Positions 45,862-55,461 of a stretch of DNA of 64,000 nucleotides are shown here, piece by piece; the stretch's first letter is position 1, and the number at the start of each line of letters is the position of its first letter. The notes under the pieces were generated by a model. The model saw only the letters and a program-made list of their open reading frames with translations, was not told the origin of the DNA and did no database searches. The position numbers and the translations under genes are program-made. Origin of the DNA: Eubacteriales bacterium (GTDB lineage: Bacteria; Bacillota; Clostridia; Oscillospirales; CAG-272); contig JAZSIK010000055.1 in assembly GCA_045533775.1 (NCBI GenBank), positions 18,182 through 82,181 of the forward strand, written 5' to 3'.

Positions 45862-48187
45862 TACTGTTCTCCTCTGTTTTTTCTTTTATCATATATAGAC
45901 TTGAGCCAAAGTCGCCGAGAATACGAAGGTTTGGATCATATCCGCTTCCCTCGTATTGCATAGCCAGATTTATTCCCTCCGAGAGCATTGCGCCCGTGGC
46001 GGTGTAGCTCTCTGTACCGTCCTTCATACCGTAGTACTTATCGGCGGTGCGGAGGATGAAGCCACCCGGCTTCAGATGAATTGGCAGCACGTGCTTTAAC
46101 AGACCGCCAAAGCGTCCCACCCTGTGATACTGCTGACGGGACTCCACCGTATAGAGCTTATCGGGGTCAAGGCCGGGTACGTCAAGACGGTCTCTGCCGG
46201 GGCAGGAGGTCTTATACCTCTGATAGAGTCCTGCAAATGTCTTGTCAGAGTCGCTGATCTGCCAGCAGATCTGGTCATCTCTCTTTACCCTTACCTTTCT
46301 CAGTCTGCCGTACTGGAAGGTGCGGCGGTGCTCCTTATAATAGGCTATCTGCTCCTTTACCTGTCTGCGCTCCGCGGGGGTAAGCTCGGAAAAATCAAGC
46401 TCATAGCCCAGGACACCGAACGCCGCCACGTTAAAGCGGGTCGCAATAGGTGTATCGCGCAGAGTCTGAGCGTGGGGTGCCATAGACACGTGGGCGGATA
46501 CGGTGGATTGGGGATAGAAATTATATATTCCGCCCTGGATGTCAAGTCGCTCCATTGGGTCGGTGTTATCCGAGGTCCAGATCTGCGGCGAATAGCATAG
46601 CATACCAAGGTCAAACCGGTTGCCGCCCGAGGAGCAGCTCTCAAACAGAATGCTCTTATGCCTTACCTGGAAAATCTCGTGCAGCACCTCATACAGACCG
46701 AGGATATAGCGGTGGAAGAACTCTCCCTGCTGCTTAAGACCCGAGGAATACATATCGCTGATATGTCTGTTGTAATCCCACTTTACATACTCAATATTGG
46801 CGCCCGAGAGAACTCTGTCTACGCTGTCAATTATGTACTCTCTCACCTCGGCTCTCGTGAGGTCAAGCACAAGCTGGTTTCTGCCCAGGGTAAGAGATCT
46901 GCCGGGAATACTGATCGCCCAATCGGGATGGGCTCTGTACAGGTCGCTGTCTGGATTTACACACTCGGGCTCAAACCAGAGTCCGAACTTCATACCCATT
47001 TTGTTTACTTTATTTGCAATATATCTGATGCCGCCGGGCAGCTTTTTACGGTTCTCTACCCAATCACCAAGTCCGGCAAGATCGCTGTTACGCGCGCCGA
47101 ACCAGCCGTCATCAAGGACGAACATCTCAACTCCTAGCTTTTTTGCCGACCTTGCAAGCGCTAGGATCTTGCTTCGGTTAAAATTGAAAAAAGTCGCTTC
47201 CCAGTTATTGAGGACAATGGGGCGGTCCGCATCCTTATGCTCGCCGCGGACGATATGACGGTTGACGAAATCATGCATATGCGCCATCATACCGTTAAGT
47301 CCCTCGTGGGAATAGGTCATTACCGCCTGGGGAGTGACAAAGCTCTCTCCCTGAGAAAGCTTCCAAAGGAAGCAGTGGGGATTGATGCCCGTCATAACGC
47401 GGGCGGTGTCAAAGGTGGAGCGCTCTGCGGCGCTGTAATGGTTTCCGCTGTAAATAAGGTTAAAGCCGTATACCCTGCCACGCGACTCGTCTGCACCCCG
47501 CTCTAAGAGAGCGAAGGCGGGATTGTGCTTATTGGAGGAGGCGCCTACGGTAGACTCGTTAACAAGTATGCCGCACTCAAGGAAGCGACTATGCTCGTGT
47601 GCCTCCTTACCCCAGTCACCGTCAAGGGTAAGCATATCGTAATCCGCCTCGGCAAGATCAAGCATAAGGCTCATCAGCTTACGGATATATACGGGATGCT
47701 CGTCGTTGTTTATCAGCTCAACATTACGGCAGATGACATCGCAGTCCTCAAATACGGTATAGTTAAGCTTCAGGCTGATTGAACTAAACTTCTTGTCCTT
47801 AAGGACAAGCTCCAGGGTCTGCGCCTCACCGTATGCGGTGGGAAGCTCCTCGGTGGAATATGCACCGTCAATAATACGGTGGCTGTCATATACAAAATCG
47901 CTTACAAAGCTGCCGTCAGGCATAAGCAGCTCTATGGGAGAGTGACGATAATCACCTCTGCCGATGCCCGAGTACTCAAGGAGATTTCTCTCAAGGAAGA
48001 ACTTGCTGCCCTCTGCCTTAACCGTACTGCCGAGATCAATGGTGTTTTTCATTGCGGCGGCGGTAAAATCACCGTCGGTCAACCTTCTGCCATAGTAAAG
48101 ATGCTCGGGATAGCCCTCGCTGATGCGAAAGGCATAGGTCGTGTTTTTCGTATTTAGCTTGAAAAGCTGATCGTTTACATTAATCAT
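45854..48187 (-). CDS. alpha-galactosidase (GH36)
   Basis: KWDYNR and CSSGGNRFD catalytic-region motifs, LDDGWFG, 777 aa. Confidence 0.9.
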   Translation of the reverse strand: MINVNDQLFKLNTKNTTYAFRISEGYPEHLYYGRRLTDGDFTAAAMKNTIDLGSTVKAEGSKFFLERNLLEYSGIGRGDYRHSPIELLMPDGSFVSDFVYDSHRIIDGAYSTEELPTAYGEAQTLELVLKDKKFSSISLKLNYTVFEDCDVICRNVELINNDEHPVYIRKLMSLMLDLAEADYDMLTLDGDWGKEAHEHSRFLECGILVNESTVGASSNKHNPAFALLERGADESRGRVYGFNLIYSGNHYSAAERSTFDTARVMTGINPHCFLWKLSQGESFVTPQAVMTYSHEGLNGMMAHMHDFVNRHIVRGEHKDADRPIVLNNWEATFFNFNRSKILALARSAKKLGVEMFVLDDGWFGARNSDLAGLGDWVENRKKLPGGIRYIANKVNKMGMKFGLWFEPECVNPDSDLYRAHPDWAISIPGRSLTLGRNQLVLDLTRAEVREYIIDSVDRVLSGANIEYVKWDYNRHISDMYSSGLKQQGEFFHRYILGLYEVLHEIFQVRHKSILFESCSSGGNRFDLGMLCYSPQIWTSDNTDPMERLDIQGGIYNFYPQSTVSAHVSMAPHAQTLRDTPIATRFNVAAFGVLGYELDFSELTPAERRQVKEQIAYYKEHRRTFQYGRLRKVRVKRDDQICWQISDSDKTFAGLYQRYKTSCPGRDRLDVPGLDPDKLYTVESRQQYHRVGRFGGLLKHVLPIHLKPGGFILRTADKYYGMKDGTESYTATGAMLSEGINLAMQYEGSGYDPNLRILGDFGSSLYMIKEKTEENSNG

Positions 48188-48221
48188 TTTAGCCTCCCGA
48201 AATTATTTTTTTGCGGGGTAA

Positions 48222-48728
48222 TCACGCGAGAATATCGGCAAATAGCGCTCTGACATTCTCCTCGGTCTCATCAAGGGGACGATCATTTACAAAGTAGTAG
48301 TCATACTCGTAATTCTCAACCATATCGTCTGCCGCGTTGCCGTACGCACCTGCTCTGCTGCGGCTGCCACCTCTCACAAGGAGGGTCTTGGCTGCGCCCT
48401 CGGTAACACGGACAAACTTCTCTATCTCCCAGGGCTCTCTGATATGCACAAAGAGTATCTGCTCGTCGGTGAGAAGAAACTCGTGATAGACCGCGGTCGC
48501 CCACTTGGTCGGGAACTCGTTATACTCTGCGGTGAGGGTCTTGAGATCGTGGAGGAACTTACGCGCTCTGTCATCCTTTACTCCCGTCCAGCCGCAAAAG
48601 GTGGCTATTTCCTTGATAGGATCAACGGTGGAAATATTTCTTACCTTAAAGTGCTTCGCCGCCAGGTCGCAGATGGTATCCTTACCTACTCCGCCTGCGC
48701 CGTTTATTACAATGACAACCTTGTTCAT
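48222..48728 (-). CDS. small P-loop protein (dNMP-kinase-like; family uncertain)
   Basis: Walker A GAGGVGKDT at the N-terminus, 168 aa. Confidence 0.45.
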   Translation of the reverse strand: MNKVVIVINGAGGVGKDTICDLAAKHFKVRNISTVDPIKEIATFCGWTGVKDDRARKFLHDLKTLTAEYNEFPTKWATAVYHEFLLTDEQILFVHIREPWEIEKFVRVTEGAAKTLLVRGGSRSRAGAYGNAADDMVENYEYDYYFVNDRPLDETEENVRALFADILA

Positions 48729-48894
48729 AGATATGACCTGCCTTAAATATATTTCTTTTTATATAATAGCATATAAATTAAACAAAGTCAATGGAAAATA
48801 AACAATGATTCAAGTATTAATTTTTTCTTTTGCTCTTTACTTTTTCTCTGAAATAGTATATAATTTGTTTGTAATGACTTTTTTGAGGTGAAAT

Positions 48895-49896
48895 ATGTTA
48901 GTTGAAAGATTTGGCAGATTAGCGAGCCGTGAGATAGCTGAGATCATCACTATCGGAAATGAGTGCGCTACACTCAAAGTACTTACCTACGGCGCGCGCA
49001 TACATTCCTTCTTAGCGTACGGTGTGAATATTGTGGGCGGATACGAGCATATCTCGGAGTATGAGGCAGATGACTCCTACCAGGGCGCTATCGTCGGCAG
49101 AGTGGCAAACCGAATAAAAAATGCTCAGTTCTCTATGGACGGTGCTATATATATGCTGACAGACAACGACAAGGGAAACTGTCTGCACGGCGGCGAGGGC
49201 TTCAGCAGCCGTCTATGGTATATTGACGAGGAGGGTGACAACTACGTTGTTCTCGGCTACACCTCCCTTGACGGAGAGGACGGCTTCCCCGCGGGAGTTG
49301 AGGTAAAGGTAAAATATACCCTCGTGGGCGCGACGGTCACTATTGAATACAGCGCGATCCCCGACGGCAAGACCCCCATTTCGCTGACCAACCACTCCTA
49401 CTTTAACCTTGACGGCTTTGGCGGTGTGATTGACGATCATATTGCCACAATTTACGCTGACAGATATACCGAGGTGGGCGAGGATCTTATTCCTACGGGC
49501 GCAAGACCCACGGTTGAGGGCACGCCCTACGATTTCAGAAAACCCAAGAAAATTGGCGAGTGCTTTGGTGGCGAGGTTGACGGTTACGACCACAACTTTA
49601 TACTCTGCCCCGAAATATATAAGGATTTTGGCGATGATAAGCTTCATCTGGCTGCCAGCGTGACTAACGGAAGCCTTGAGCTTAATCTATACACAGACAG
49701 ACCCGGCGTGCAGTTCTACACAGGTAATTTCCTCGGTGGAAAGCCCGATTTTGCCGAGGGTGTGGAGAGAGTGAAGCACGGCGCATTCTGCCTTGAGGCT
49801 CAGACTGAGCCCAACTCTGTCAACCGTGGCGAGCTCTTCTATGAAGCCGGCGAGGAGTATAGACAGACAACCGTATATGAGGTTAAAAAAATCTGA
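48895..49896 (+). CDS. galM: aldose 1-epimerase (galactose mutarotase)
   Basis: VGRVANRI, NCLHGG, TNHSYFNL and CLEAQ motifs. Confidence 0.85.
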   Translation: MLVERFGRLASREIAEIITIGNECATLKVLTYGARIHSFLAYGVNIVGGYEHISEYEADDSYQGAIVGRVANRIKNAQFSMDGAIYMLTDNDKGNCLHGGEGFSSRLWYIDEEGDNYVVLGYTSLDGEDGFPAGVEVKVKYTLVGATVTIEYSAIPDGKTPISLTNHSYFNLDGFGGVIDDHIATIYADRYTEVGEDLIPTGARPTVEGTPYDFRKPKKIGECFGGEVDGYDHNFILCPEIYKDFGDDKLHLAASVTNGSLELNLYTDRPGVQFYTGNFLGGKPDFAEGVERVKHGAFCLEAQTEPNSVNRGELFYEAGEEYRQTTVYEVKKI

Positions 49897-49940
49897 AAAT
49901 AAGTATTGACTTTTATTATTCCTTGTGATACAATCTATGT

Positions 49941-50226
49941 ATTATTAAAGCGATGACGAGAACAAGTAGCAATAGACAACGCAAGACAGAAAGCTGCCGG
50001 GTGATGAGAGGCGCGTGAGTTGACCTTTGTGAATACATCTCTGAGCGCGCACCGAAGCCTCCTTTGACGGGTGTGTAGGCTGCGACGGGTATGCCCGTTA
50101 TAGCATCAATGAGGCAAGCGATACCGACGGACGAGCAATGCTCTCCCCTTAAAAATATTGCTTGTAAATCAAGGTGGTACCACGCTTATACGCGTCCTTG
50201 GGTTTTCCCGAGGACGCTTTTTGTTT
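49941..50226 (+). promoter_or_regulatory. T-box leader, tyrosine specifier (UAC)
   Basis: TTGACT-17-TACAAT promoter at 49906-49934. Stem I GCGATGACGAGAACAAGTAG. Specifier loop GAAUACA (UAC at 50044-46). T-box AATCAAGGTGGTACCACG (50167-84). Terminator 50192-50226. Confidence 0.85.
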
Positions 50227-50258
50227 GCAAAAAAAAAATTATATAGAGGTAAAAAGAA

Positions 50259-51479
50259 ATGAAAATCTATGAGGAGCTTGTTGCCCGCGGTCTGATCAAG
50301 CAGGTAACAAATGAAGAAGAAATCAGAAATATGATCAACGAGGGTAAGGCCACCTTCTACATCGGCTTTGACCCCACCGCAGACTCTCTGCACGTTGGTC
50401 ACTTTATGGCGCTCTGCCTTATGAAGCGTCTGCAGATGGCGGGCAATAAGCCTGTTGTTCTTATCGGTGGCGGTACTGCTATGGTAGGCGACCCCTCGGG
50501 CAGAACCGATATGCGTCAGATGATGACCACCGAGACTATAAAGCACAACTGCGATTGCTTTAAGAAGCAGATGGAGAGATTTATTGACTTTGGCGAGGGT
50601 AAGGCTATTATGGTCAACAACGCCGACTGGCTCTTAGATCTCAACTATGTAGATGTGTTGCGAGATGTGGGCGCATGCTTCTCTGTTAACAGGATGCTCG
50701 CTGCCGAGTGCTACAAGCAGAGAATGGAAAAGGGTCTGTCCTTCCTTGAGTTCAACTACATGATAATGCAGTCCTACGACTTCTACCATCTCTTCAAGGA
50801 ATACGGCTGTAATATGCAGTTCGGCGGTGACGATCAGTGGTCCAATATGCTTGGCGGTACCGAGCTTATCAGAAGAAAGCTGGGCGAGGATGCTCACGCT
50901 ATGACTATTACCCTGCTCCTTAACTCCGAGGGCAAGAAGATGGGTAAGACCGCTTCGGGCGCCGTTTGGCTTGATCCCAACAAGACCGCTCCCTACGACT
51001 TCTACCAGTACTGGAGAAATGTTGGCGATGCAGATGTTCTCAAGTGTATCAGAATGCTGACCTTCCTCCCCGTTGAGGAGATAGACAAGATGGACGGCTG
51101 GGAGGGCGCTCAGCTTAACACCGCAAAGGAGATTCTGGCATACGAGCTGACCAAGCTTGTTCACGGTGAGGAGGAGGCTGAGAAGGCACAGGCTATGGCT
51201 CGCTCCATCTTCGTTTCCGGTGGCGCGGAAAATGCTCCCACCGTTGAGGTTGAGGAGGCATCTCTCGTTGACGGTCATATTGATCTTAACAGCCTGCTTG
51301 TTCTCGGCAAGATGGTTCCCTCCAAGTCCGAGGGCAGACGTGCCATTGAGCAGGGCGGTGTCTCTGTTGAGGGCGAAAAGGTCACAGATGTCCGCGCCCT
51401 TATCAGCAAGGAGCAGTTAGGAAAAGGCGTGCTTGTCAAGAGAGGTAAGAAGAGCTTTAACAGATTTGTTCTGAAGTAA
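50259..51479 (+). CDS. tyrS: tyrosyl-tRNA synthetase
   Basis: HVGH and KMGKT class I motifs, with a C-terminal S4 domain. Confidence 0.95.
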   Translation: MKIYEELVARGLIKQVTNEEEIRNMINEGKATFYIGFDPTADSLHVGHFMALCLMKRLQMAGNKPVVLIGGGTAMVGDPSGRTDMRQMMTTETIKHNCDCFKKQMERFIDFGEGKAIMVNNADWLLDLNYVDVLRDVGACFSVNRMLAAECYKQRMEKGLSFLEFNYMIMQSYDFYHLFKEYGCNMQFGGDDQWSNMLGGTELIRRKLGEDAHAMTITLLLNSEGKKMGKTASGAVWLDPNKTAPYDFYQYWRNVGDADVLKCIRMLTFLPVEEIDKMDGWEGAQLNTAKEILAYELTKLVHGEEEAEKAQAMARSIFVSGGAENAPTVEVEEASLVDGHIDLNSLLVLGKMVPSKSEGRRAIEQGGVSVEGEKVTDVRALISKEQLGKGVLVKRGKKSFNRFVLK

Positions 51480-52249
51480 TGATCTACAACTACCACACTC
51501 ACACCGAGCGCTGCCACCACGCAAGCGGCAGTGACGAGGAGTTTATACTACGCGCTATTGAAGCCGGGATCAAGTATCTCGGCTTCTCCGATCATGCGCC
51601 ATTTATCTTTCCCGACGGATTTGAGAACAGCTACCGCGTGCAGATGTGTGATGCCGAGGGATATGTAAAGGATCTTCGGGAACTGCGGAAAAAATATGCT
51701 GACAGAATACAGATCAGCATCGGATTTGAGATGGAGTACTACCCTGCTTATTTTGACAAAATGCTTGAAATAGCAAGAAATGTCGGGGCAGAATACCTTA
51801 TACTCGGTCAACACTTTATAAACAATGAGCATCCTGACGGCATAGGTGCCGCCGGCCCCACGGATAACGAGCAGCTGCTCTGCACCTACTGCGACGAGGT
51901 TATTGCCGCTATAAAGACAGGATATTTCAGCTATGTTGCCCACCCGGATCTTACCGCTTTTACAGGTGACTCTCGGGTATACAGAAGGGAGATCGGCAGG
52001 CTCTGCCTTGCGGCAAAGGAGTATGACATTCCGCTGGAGATCAACCTTGCGGGTATAAGATACAATAAGTTCTACCCCGCCGACATTTTCTGGCAGATTG
52101 CAGGTGAGGTAGGCGCACCTGTTACTATCGGATATGACGCACATCTGTGTGACGATCTGCTGAACAAAGAGCAGCTCATATCAGCCGCCAAGCTGATAAA
52201 TCGGCACAGGCTGAACTATATAGGAATGCCAAGGCTGAGGCAGATATGA
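51479..52249 (+). CDS. PHP-family histidinol-phosphatase-like protein
   Basis: YHTHTERCHHA N-terminal metal motif. Confidence 0.8.
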   Translation: MIYNYHTHTERCHHASGSDEEFILRAIEAGIKYLGFSDHAPFIFPDGFENSYRVQMCDAEGYVKDLRELRKKYADRIQISIGFEMEYYPAYFDKMLEIARNVGAEYLILGQHFINNEHPDGIGAAGPTDNEQLLCTYCDEVIAAIKTGYFSYVAHPDLTAFTGDSRVYRREIGRLCLAAKEYDIPLEINLAGIRYNKFYPADIFWQIAGEVGAPVTIGYDAHLCDDLLNKEQLISAAKLINRHRLNYIGMPRLRQI

Positions 52250-52357
52250 AATAATCCTTACATATCGTGTCTATAATAAATATATACTAAACTTTTTTGC
52301 TAAAAGCTATTGACAAATATAGTTTGATATGGTAATATTATTAGGCACGATTTGTAC

Positions 52358-52433
52358 GCCCCCGTAGCTCAGTCGGTAGAGCATTTGACTTTTAATCAAA
52401 GGGTCCGGGATTCGAGTTCCCGCGGGAGCACCA
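52358..52433 (+). tRNA. tRNA-Lys (anticodon UUU), CCA encoded
   Basis: Hand-folded cloverleaf. Anticodon loop CUUUUAA. TTGACA-17-TAATAT promoter at 52310-38 and terminator at 52441-66. C3:A70 mismatch in the acceptor stem. Confidence 0.9.
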
Positions 52434-52466
52434 ACAAAAAAGACACCCTTGCGGTGTCTTTTTTTA

Positions 52467-53411
52467 TTATCTTAAGAAATCGCTAAGCAGAGCGGAGTCA
52501 ATATTTCCGCCCGATAGAATGCAACAGACCCGCTTGCCGACGAGGTTCAGCCGACCCGACATTATTGCCGCAACCGATACGGCACCTGCGCCCTCGGTGA
52601 CTAATTTACATCGCGATATCAAGCTTTTTACCGCACCTTTTATCTCCTCATCATCAACCGTTACTATATCATCAACAAGGGAGATTGCTAAGGAGAATGT
52701 TAGTCTGCCCGGTTTTTTCACCGCAATTCCGTCGGCTATACTATACACCGATTGGCTCTCTACAATGCTGCCGCATCTGATGGAGTCATGCATTGCCGAA
52801 GCTCCTGATGCCTGTACACCGTAGATCTTTATCCCCGGCAGAAGTGATTTTGCCGCATAGGCGACACCCGAAATCAGCCCTCCCCCACCTACGGGTACAA
52901 CGATGGCGTCAAGGGTGGGGTTTTGCTCTATTATCTCGGCACCTACTGTGCCCTGGCCTGCTATTACGTCCTCATCATCAAAGGGGTGAATAAAGGTTCG
53001 TCCTCCCTCATCGGCTATCATTCGGGCGGCCTTGTATGCCTCGTCATATGCCCCCGATATGAGTCTCACATCCGCCCCGTAGCGACGGGTGGCCTCTGTT
53101 TTTGATAGAGGAGCAGTGTCAGGCAGACAGATCACCGAGCTGATGCCCATTCTATTGGCGGCTAGTGCCACTCCCTGCGCGTGATTGCCTGCCGAGGCAG
53201 CTATTACTCCCCGCGCCCGTTCCACATCCGAGAGTGTAAGCATTTTATAATAGGCGCCCCGCAGCTTAAAGGAGCCTGTGGTCTGCAGATTTTCCGCCTT
53301 CAGATAGAGATCTACTCCCTCACAGAGGGTCGGAGCGTGTAAAAGCTCTGTTTTTCTTACGATTCCCCGCAACATTTTCGCGGCGTGGTATATTTTTTCG
53401 GTAGTAAGCAT
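52467..53411 (-). CDS. threonine ammonia-lyase (short, catabolic-type PLP enzyme)
   Basis: SFKLRGA PLP-lysine and SAGNHAQGVA. Start trimmed to MLTTEK, because the longer ORF runs through tRNA-Pro. Confidence 0.85.
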   Translation of the reverse strand: MLTTEKIYHAAKMLRGIVRKTELLHAPTLCEGVDLYLKAENLQTTGSFKLRGAYYKMLTLSDVERARGVIAASAGNHAQGVALAANRMGISSVICLPDTAPLSKTEATRRYGADVRLISGAYDEAYKAARMIADEGGRTFIHPFDDEDVIAGQGTVGAEIIEQNPTLDAIVVPVGGGGLISGVAYAAKSLLPGIKIYGVQASGASAMHDSIRCGSIVESQSVYSIADGIAVKKPGRLTFSLAISLVDDIVTVDDEEIKGAVKSLISRCKLVTEGAGAVSVAAIMSGRLNLVGKRVCCILSGGNIDSALLSDFLR

Positions 53412-53530
53412 TTTTTTACCTGAGTCATGTACTTCACTATCAGTATATTCAAAAGGCGGGCGGAGAGTAAGTAAAAAAGCAATTAAAGCAAATAAAAAAA
53501 GAAAACGATCACAATGACCGTTTTCTTCTC

Positions 53531-53607
53531 TGGTCGGAGCGACAGGATTTGAACCTGCGGCATCGTGCTCCCAAAGCACGCGCGCTACCGGACTGCGCTA
53601 CGCCCCG
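53531..53607 (-). tRNA. tRNA-Pro (anticodon UGG), CCA encoded
   Basis: Hand-folded: CGGGGCG acceptor stem, anticodon loop UUUGGGA, T-loop TTCAAAT. Terminator at 53494-53528. Confidence 0.9.
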
Positions 53608-53713
53608 AAAAAATATTAAGTTAAGGTTGGGTGACGTTTTTTCGCTACGAGATATGTCGCATTTCTTATCTGACGTTGACAACACCATTCACTACCAAAA
53701 TACCGCTTCTTTT

Positions 53714-53884
53714 CCTGCGGCATCGTTGGCTATGCCACCGGTGCAGTCGCATAGTCGTTGTGCGTCGGACCTTTCGTCCTTCTTCAACTCCTTGCTTTAT
53801 GCACTTCGCTTCGCAAAAACAATACTTAATTGTTTTCGCTCGCTCACCCAAAGCACGCGCGCTACCGGACTGCGCTACGCCCCG
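53714..53884 (-). pseudogene. disrupted tRNA-Pro copy: nt 1-37, a 120-nt unrelated insert, then nt 41-53; no T-loop or 3' acceptor
   Basis: 40-bp perfect identity between 53847-53886 and 53570-53609. 13-bp identity between 53714-53726 and 53554-53566. Confidence 0.6.
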
Positions 53885-53898
53885 AACTTTGCCTTAAC

Positions 53899-53927
53899 AT
53901 TATAGCAAAACAAAAGGCTTTTGTCAA
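53899..53927 (-). promoter_or_regulatory. consensus promoter directly upstream of the broken tRNA-Pro copy
   Basis: Minus strand reads TTGACA-17 nt-TATAAT, ending about 14 nt before the pseudo-tRNA 5' end. Confidence 0.5.
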
Positions 53928-53969
53928 TACAAAAAGCAAAAACTAAAAAATTGGCACAAACCTTTACAT

Positions 53970-53998
53970 CAAAAAGGGGTATCCAAGGAGGATACCCC
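53970..53998 (-). terminator. intrinsic terminator after the GH3-like ORF
   Basis: Minus strand: ggggtatcc-tcctt-ggatacccc followed by a T-run. Confidence 0.7.
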
Positions 53999-54029
53999 TA
54001 AATGCTTTTTATTGGGAAGTCACAATCGC

Positions 54030-54593
54030 TTATTCTGCAATCGGTGAGCCGTCATCATCGGGAGAGAGCGGATCCTGTTGTTTGTCAGATGCCTCGTCAG
54101 ATGAGAGCTCCGGCGCATCCTTCTGCCTTATTTTTTTCACAAGAAGGATAATAAGAACAACCAGACCTGCCGCTGCAAGAACATCCCATACGATAAGAAT
54201 GATCTTATAGTATGCAAAACCGGGTACATACTCAACACCGTGAACAAAGCCGTTCATACCCGCAGAGTTAACAACGGTATAGAGTATTCTGTGGGCTGCC
54301 TCCCGTCCGTAGATCTGATATGCGGGATACTTTGAAATATCAAAGCCCAAGAGAGCCTCCATACCTACCGTCTTAAGCTTTGCATCACCGCCTGCGGCAA
54401 GCGACTGGAGGGTGTTCATATAGGAGCCCTTGCCCGCGCCAACCTCATAGTCGGTAAGAACGAATCCGTTAAAGCCCCACTCGCCTCTCAGCACGCCTGT
54501 GATAAGGTTGTAATGGCCGCCCGCCTTCTCACAGGAGCTGAGAAGCAACAGGCAGATAAGGATAAGCGATAACGCTCTTATGTATTTCTTCAT
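54030..54593 (-). CDS. GH3-derived fragment: lipoprotein signal, short GH3 nucleotide-phile segment, C-terminal TM helix and acidic tail
   Basis: Lipobox LLLSSC. GVLRGEWGFNGFVLTDY resembles the GH3 LLR.ELGF.G.V.SD motif, but the preceding barrel is absent. Confidence 0.45.
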   Translation of the reverse strand: MKKYIRALSLILICLLLLSSCEKAGGHYNLITGVLRGEWGFNGFVLTDYEVGAGKGSYMNTLQSLAAGGDAKLKTVGMEALLGFDISKYPAYQIYGREAAHRILYTVVNSAGMNGFVHGVEYVPGFAYYKIILIVWDVLAAAGLVVLIILLVKKIRQKDAPELSSDEASDKQQDPLSPDDDGSPIAE

Positions 54594-54595
54594 TC

Positions 54596-55183
54596 TTATG
54601 CCTCCGACAGCGCTTCGGTATCATTGTCCTTCTTGGAATCGCTGAAAACAATTTTATTAACAATGAAGAAAACGATCATAGAGACGCCGCCGTTGATAAA
54701 TACGGTCAATATTGAGGCAAGAGATGCGGGAATAAAGTTTACTATTACACCCTTCCAGATAGAGTCAATGGAGCCAACCACGCAGGTCACAACGCAGAAG
54801 GCGAGTAAATACCAGAGTCCCTGATAAAGAATGTTGCCGTTGCTGCGGAAAACGTACTTTCTCTGTATAAAGAAGTTTATCGCCTCAAAAACGAACATTG
54901 AGATCAGATAGGCAACAAAGTAAGCAAGTCCGCCCTGCTCCTCGTTTGCACCGATTATGTACCACTTGAACTCATATCCCAAAAGCTCCAGGGTTATACC
55001 CGGGAAGCCGAACTCGGCATCACCGAGAAAGGCAAATGCATACGGAAGGAACATAAGACATACCGTCTTTAACACCGTGATCGCAATGCTTACCAGGAGG
55101 AAAAGCCCGCCCTCACGCACCCACTGAGATGCCTTTGGATATTTTTTCTCAAAATCAAGCCATATGTTTTTTATTTTTTCCAT
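54596..55183 (-). CDS. GtrA-family membrane protein
   Basis: Four TM helices. FFIQRKYVFRS motif. Start at MEKIKN with an AGAGG RBS. Confidence 0.6.
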   Translation of the reverse strand: MEKIKNIWLDFEKKYPKASQWVREGGLFLLVSIAITVLKTVCLMFLPYAFAFLGDAEFGFPGITLELLGYEFKWYIIGANEEQGGLAYFVAYLISMFVFEAINFFIQRKYVFRSNGNILYQGLWYLLAFCVVTCVVGSIDSIWKGVIVNFIPASLASILTVFINGGVSMIVFFIVNKIVFSDSKKDNDTEALSEA

Positions 55184-55461
55184 TTTCAGCCTCTTGTGAA
55201 TATTTTGTTTACATTTTTTGCGGTTCTGTAAATTATTATAGCACAAGAAAAATATATAGTCAATATGTATATAATCTATTTATAAAAAATAAAAAAATAG
55301 TTTAATTTGCACAGAATATCAGAGTGAATATATTAACTTTCCGTAAAAAAAGTTTGAAAAAGTAAAAAATCTTTGTCTTATGATGTTGACAGTTGGCGTT
55401 TGCTGGTCTATAATATTATGTGGAAATGAAATATTTGTCGGTTTTGGAGGTTTTTTCCGCA

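Noticed and set aside
44377-45963. 528-aa plus-strand ORF covering the GPH symporter gene.
   Set aside because: It is antisense to a clear 12-TM GPH transporter. The product is highly charged, low-complexity (K/R/E/D/H-rich) sequence. It also runs across the pepF start and the GH36 end, which real genes here do not do.
53412-53579. N-terminal extension of the threonine dehydratase ORF (MLWEHDAAGSNPVAPTRE...). Plus-strand ORFs at 53549-53905 and 53631-53897 were considered as well.
   Set aside because: The extension is a translation through tRNA-Pro; AGSNPV is the T-arm read as protein. The plus-strand ORFs run across the tRNA and pseudo-tRNA. The enzyme starts at MLTTEK.
53727-53846. Could the 120-nt insert after G37 of the upstream tRNA-Pro copy be a group I or archaeal-type intron, or a hammerhead-like ribozyme? 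A GGAC-GAAAG-GUCC hairpin follows UUGAAGA.
   Set aside because: The 3' exon is incomplete: only nt 41-53 are present, with no T-loop or acceptor strand, so splicing could not yield a tRNA. The exon/intron junction lacks the U:G P1 context. The hammerhead core (CUGAnGA...GAAA) is not satisfied after the hairpin.
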